A stretch of 64,000 bases of DNA from contig VJWM01000016.1 of assembly GCA_010909165.1 (NCBI GenBank), positions 62,001 to 126,000 of the forward strand, given 5' to 3'. A program made the position numbers and the translations under genes. Every line of letters starts with the position of its first letter. Within the stretch, counting starts at the first letter, position 1. Under the pieces are notes generated by a model. It worked only from the letters and a program-made list of their open reading frames with translations. It ran no database searches and was not told the DNA's origin. Positions 59,684-64,000 of this stretch are shown piece after piece. This DNA comes from Anthoceros angustus. Lineage: Eukaryota > Plantae > Anthocerotophyta.

Positions 59684-60729
59684 TCAAAACCACGAGCTGT
59701 CTCGTGGTCCTCTGCGTCGAAGCATCCTAGTGAGCGATGACTCTGGCATCAAGGCGCCCTCCTCAAAGAGCTGCTCCTCCTTTGATTTTGGCAAACCATC
59801 GGGCTCATGATCATGAACAGGCTGCACTATTTCCTCAGCTCTTACCGTGTCCACATGCCCGGGTTGTGTGGCTGTGCGATCTGTTTCACTCTTGCCATCC
59901 CCTGAGGGCTGCTTGCCACTGGCCGAGTGCTTGGTCACCTCCTCATTCTCTGCTAATTTCTTGTTTGCGAAGGCAACGGATCTCACGTTGTCAATCAGGG
60001 ACGAGGCCCCGCCCGACTGCCTCACCAGATTTTCAAACCTTTCCAGCGGTGCACAAGCGGAGGACCGATCTTCCTCCGTAGCTACGTCACATCCCTCCTC
60101 ATATTCTTTCTGCACAGCAAGTTTCCAATTTTTCGGAACTGTCACACAAGGAAACCGTTCCAAAACATGATAACTGAACCATAGCACGCAGCATAAATTG
60201 CAAGGAAAGTTCAGATGAGACCAGACCTTCAGATCTTCAAACTCGAAAACAGCCTCCCAGCATTTGTATGCTTCATCACCGTCCAAGCTCATGCACCGAT
60301 CTGGACCAGACGACGTCAGACAATTGATCCCTTAGTGGCAGGGATGAATGCGTCCAAAGAGCCAGAGCATGATCGGAATTAAGCAAGGAGGACAAGGCGT
60401 AGGGTACAACCTGTCATTGCCTGCTCCGCTTTCCGCAGCAGCGAGGGTTCCTTCATGAGGCGAGTGATGCGGCTCCTGTTGAAGGGCTCCAGCTTGGGAA
60501 TGGAGTCTGCAGAAGGGGGGGACGAGCTCTCCGACTTCCCCTCCATTTGCGCCAGGGTAGGAGACAGCACCGAACCCCTGGCGGAAAAGCCAGTGGCGGC
60601 CAGCGCCCTCGGACTCCTGCACCCTGTGATAGAATGGGCTTGGCACTGCGACTGCGGGGAGGTGATGAGCTGCGCGGGGGGCGGCATAAGCGGCGGCATG
60701 ATGGGGCCAGGCGCCATCCTCGACACCAT
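59684..60729 (-). CDS. MEE14: CCG-binding protein 1 / MEE14-like protein (272 aa); complement(join(59684..60109,60227..60300,60411..60729))
   Basis: The spliced product contains IPKLEPFNRSRITRLMKEPSLLRKAEQAMTDRCMSLDGDEAYKCWEAVFEFEDLK...ENLVRQSGGASSLI, matching the recalled CBP1/MEE14 core. GT-AG introns in phase 1 and 0. The start codon is uncertain. Confidence 0.75.
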
Positions 60730-61624
60730 CTCCACTGTGAAACAACAAAGCCTCCACTCCACTCCCCTCCGCTGCTGCTCTGCAGCAATCTGCCGGCTAC
60801 ACAAACGCTACTGCCAAGGAGCAGATGAGGCAAGCCGCCAACAAGACACAGCACGAGGGGGGACAGTCTCTCAGTGAGGTAAGACGTACGGGCTGCCCCA
60901 AAGCGGGTGAGGGTGAATTGTGAGCAAACCGAACCAAATTGCAGGAGAGTCAGTCAATCGCAAACATGCAACAGCTTGGCAATTGCCGATTGAGGAGAAC
61001 AAAATTATGTCGACAAATTGAAGAGAGGCGGTGACAGCACAAGCTGCTCTCCCCCTACTGGAAAGAACACCCGGAAAACCTCCACAGCAACACAGACTTA
61101 CGGAAGTGAAAGCAGATCGAGAGATGCTGGCTACTAGGATGAGCGGTGAATCACCGCCGGTGCTACACTCGCCAAAGATGAGGAGGCAGCACGAGAAACA
61201 GGGACAATTGGTGTGTCGCAGCAGCACACATGGCAACAATGAAGGATCCCGAATTTGGACGACGGCGGCCAAATATCTTCGCACCCGCTCAGCCCTTTGT
61301 GCTTATCTCCGAGTCGGCCCAAAGCTTCCGAACCTGGACCTGACGTGGATCGGTGCAGTGACGAGGCCACGTGGCCCGAGGCTCTACATACTGCACAGTG
61401 TACAGTGCTAGTTATTGATGAGATACGGTATAGGTCTACATTTATCGTTCTATGAGGCCTCGACCCTGTTCACGTTCACTACAGACTACAGTTCGTCGAG
61501 GGTATAGATATGTATACATAGTACATACGCGTAGCTTGAACTGGTGAATCCCGGCACGGCAAACCGGTTGCCGGTCTCCCTCCCGCCCCGGGGCGTATGG
61601 GTGCCCACGCGCAGCAGGCCCATG

Positions 61625-61781
61625 CTCCGAAGCGTCTCAATCTCCGAAGCGTCTCAATCTCCGAAGCGTCTCAATCTCCGAAGCGTCTCAATCCCCGGAC
61701 GCGTCTCAATCTCCGACGCGTCTCAATCTCCGAAGCGTCTCAATCTCCGACGCGTCTCAATCTCCGAAGCGAATCAATCTC
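61625..61781. repeat. Minisatellite, 17-bp unit x~9
   Basis: CTCCGAAGCGTCTCAAT in tandem, no spacers. Confidence 0.92.
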
Positions 61782-62893
61782 CTATGCTTCGCGCGTGTCA
61801 CGTCCTCCGTGGCATGTGATGTCCATGGCTTCTCAATAGCCTGCCGATACGCGCTAATCAATTCGCCTACCATTTCGATCGTATGATCGTATAGCCTGCA
61901 GGACATGCCTTACCGTGCGCCTCTCTTGCAACCGTGCGGGTTTGCCCTGAAACCCTAAACCCAAGTTTCAAACAGCTTCAAACTAGCAGGGAGATGAGCG
62001 GGGAGCGGGGCTAGGGGAGCGGGGTTTCACCATCGGGCCGAGGAGACGATATGAGCGGGGAGCGGGGAGAAGGGGAGGAGAGGAGAAGAAGAGGCGTGGC
62101 AGCAGGGAGCGTGTTGGGACTCCCTACTTCCTCCCAAGTTGGGAGGTAGCAGTTCAAGGGCAGCAGATTGGAGCCTCTGCTTCGCCAGGGGCGCGGACAA
62201 CATTTCTTGATTTCCAAGGTTGGAAGATACGCACGATGAATTCGAAGAGGACGTACGTCTTCGCCATCCATTGGGAGCTTAACAAATGAATAGTGAGACC
62301 AGACATCGATTTGTTTCTGAGCTTACGTTTCAGGACAGGAACGGTGGCCTCAAGTCCATTTTGCAAAAGCTTTGGCTGCGCTACATCTGTTGGTTCAAGA
62401 ACACATGACCCGCGCACGGTTGTTATTAGAGCCCCGCGCGTGGCGCAGAGTATTCCCTACCATATTCTACATGTCTACATGCCGTGGCGAAATATGGAAG
62501 TTACGACAATGTATGTCACTTTATACAAGTAGAGTGCGCATGGCCAGGCTATGAGGAGGCCATGGACACAGATGCCACGGAGGCTTTGGCACGCGCGAAG
62601 CGATTTTTATTTACCGCTTCGGAGTTAGAGAAGCAGGCGCCTACGCTCGACCCGCAGGATCCCGGCCAGAAGAGGGTGACCCTAACCATACACCCCAGCA
62701 TGATGTAGCATGAAAAAATCCATTTCCGCCCCGTAGTATAATGCAGGATGAAATTAACATCATTTTTGTCTCCCCGACCTAGATAAAGTTTCTAAAATGG
62801 ATAGAATAGTCATAAAATTACCACACTTAAAATATTGAATTTGATTTCACTTTCACTACATTTAGGAGAACATAATCAATATCTAAAAAATTA

Positions 62894-63627
62894 AAAATAC
62901 CACATAATATAACTGTGTAGAATATTCACTATAGCTTGAATAAACTGTTCAATTTCTCGTTAGATTTGCCACCCTTTTCTCTCTCAGGTATTTCCTTCAG
63001 CGTTGGTAGAAAACTAGACCCCAATCTTAGTTTTAACATGTTTCCTAGCCTAGAAACCCAAAAGCCAGAACAACAATTGTTCCCCTGTACAAGGTATGTC
63101 AAGTGTCAAAACCACGAGCTGTCTCGTGGTCCTCTGCGTCGAAGCATCCTAGTGAGCGATGACTCTGGCATCAAGGCGCCCTCCTCAAAGAGCTGCTCCT
63201 CCTTTGATTTTGGCAAACCATCGGGCTCATGATCATGAACAGGCTGCACTATTTCCTCAGCTCTTACCGTGTCCACATGCCCGGGTTGTGTGGCTGTGCG
63301 ATCTGTTTCACTCTTGCCATCCCCTGAGGGCTGCTTGCCACTGGCCGAGTGCTTGGTCACCTCCTCATTCTCTGCTAATTTCTTGTTTGCGAAGGCAACG
63401 GATCTCACGTTGTCAATCAGGACGAGGCCCCGCCCGACTGCCTCACCAGATTTTCAAACCTTTCCAGCGGTGCACAAGCGGAGGACCGATCTTCCTCCGT
63501 AGCTACGTCACATCCCTCCTCATATTCTTTCTGCACAGCAAGTTTCCAATTTTTCGGAACTGTCACACAAGGAAACCGTTCCAAAACATGATAACTGAAC
63601 CATAGCACGCAGCATAAATTGCAAGGA
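62894..63627 (-). pseudogene. Partial duplicate of the CBP1/MEE14-like gene (part of intron 2, last exon and 3' flank; copy of 59471-60206)
   Basis: Near-identical to 59471-60206; a 1-bp deletion at ~63420 frameshifts the exon; exons 1-2 are absent. Confidence 0.9.
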
Positions 63628-63702
63628 TCTTCGACGGCCCATACCATGTGTAGTCACAGACTGTACGAAGACTTGCTCCCTACTTGTAGAACTTTCTTCT
63701 AT

Positions 63703-64000
63703 CTATATATTCTTCTTTTTGTGGATATTCTGTTGTGGCACAACCCCGTCGGTTCCAGCGAGTATGTTGTACTTGTCCTTCCTTGTCAAATTTGTGCACT
63801 GAAATCCTAGTTCAGCAGCCAATATTTGTTGTACATTGTTGGCCACATCAAAAGATGTAAGCTCCCGTTCATTACCCTCAACATCTATATACTTTGCACC
63901 TGGCAACTGAGTAGGAACTAACTTCTCCAAGAAAGTGACTTCATATGTAGGATTAGGGTTCATATAGAAGAAAAAGCTATCAAATCCTTCCATCCCCTTG
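63703..64000 (-). CDS. GPAT: 3' end of a land-plant sn-2 glycerol-3-phosphate acyltransferase (GPAT1-8 family), truncated by the window edge
   Basis: GMEGFDSFFFYMNPNPTYEVTFL...DVANNVQQILAAELGFQCTNLTRKDKYNILAGTDG matches the conserved GPAT C-terminus (MNPxPxYEVTFL...VANxVQxxLAxxLGFECTxxTRKDKYxxLAGxDG). Confidence 0.88.
   Translation of the reverse strand, partial: KGMEGFDSFFFYMNPNPTYEVTFLEKLVPTQLPGAKYIDVEGNERELTSFDVANNVQQILAAELGFQCTNLTRKDKYNILAGTDGVVPQQNIHKKKNI

Noticed and set aside
61625-61781. Regular short repeats here and at 31395-31532, 40513-40770 and 49565-49845 as CRISPR arrays
   Set aside because: Head-to-tail units with no unique spacers, no cas genes and a eukaryotic context; they are minisatellites.
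61951-61963. AAACCCTAAACCC as a telomeric array
   Set aside because: Fewer than two units; at most a telo-box.

Overview
Eukaryotic land-plant nuclear DNA with short GT-AG introns and GC-rich exons in AT-rich spacers. A non-seed plant such as a hornwort or other bryophyte is my inference, not something shown. Left to right: (1) a head-to-head pair of orphan triple-repeat beta-rich protein genes, one a secreted extensin-stalk protein with 3 beta-trefoil-like domains, the other a 5-exon protein with 3 beta-barrel-like repeats plus a fascin-like domain; (2) F-box pseudogene debris interrupted by a ~4.1 kb element with imperfect inverted ends that carries an intron-containing, decayed SMUG1-type uracil-DNA glycosylase; (3) an intronless FAD6-type desaturase; (4) a full-length Ty3/gypsy chromovirus (LTRs, ATGAC TSD, tRNA-Met PBS) whose internal duplications look like assembly artefacts; (5) a Tourist-like MITE, an orphan secreted protein, an SMN-N-terminal-domain gene and a tRNA-Ser(GCT) pseudogene; (6) two tandem CYP77/89-like P450s separated by PHD-finger retroelement remnants and minisatellites; (7) a divergent P450 with a single in-frame TGA, flanked by two near-identical TA-TSD MITEs; (8) segmental duplications, a CBP1/MEE14-like gene and the 3' end of an sn-2 GPAT. 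The most notable items are the TE-borne SMUG1, the divergent pair of repeat proteins, and a possible desaturase-P450-GPAT lipid-modification neighbourhood. All family assignments come from motifs recognised by eye; no searches were run.
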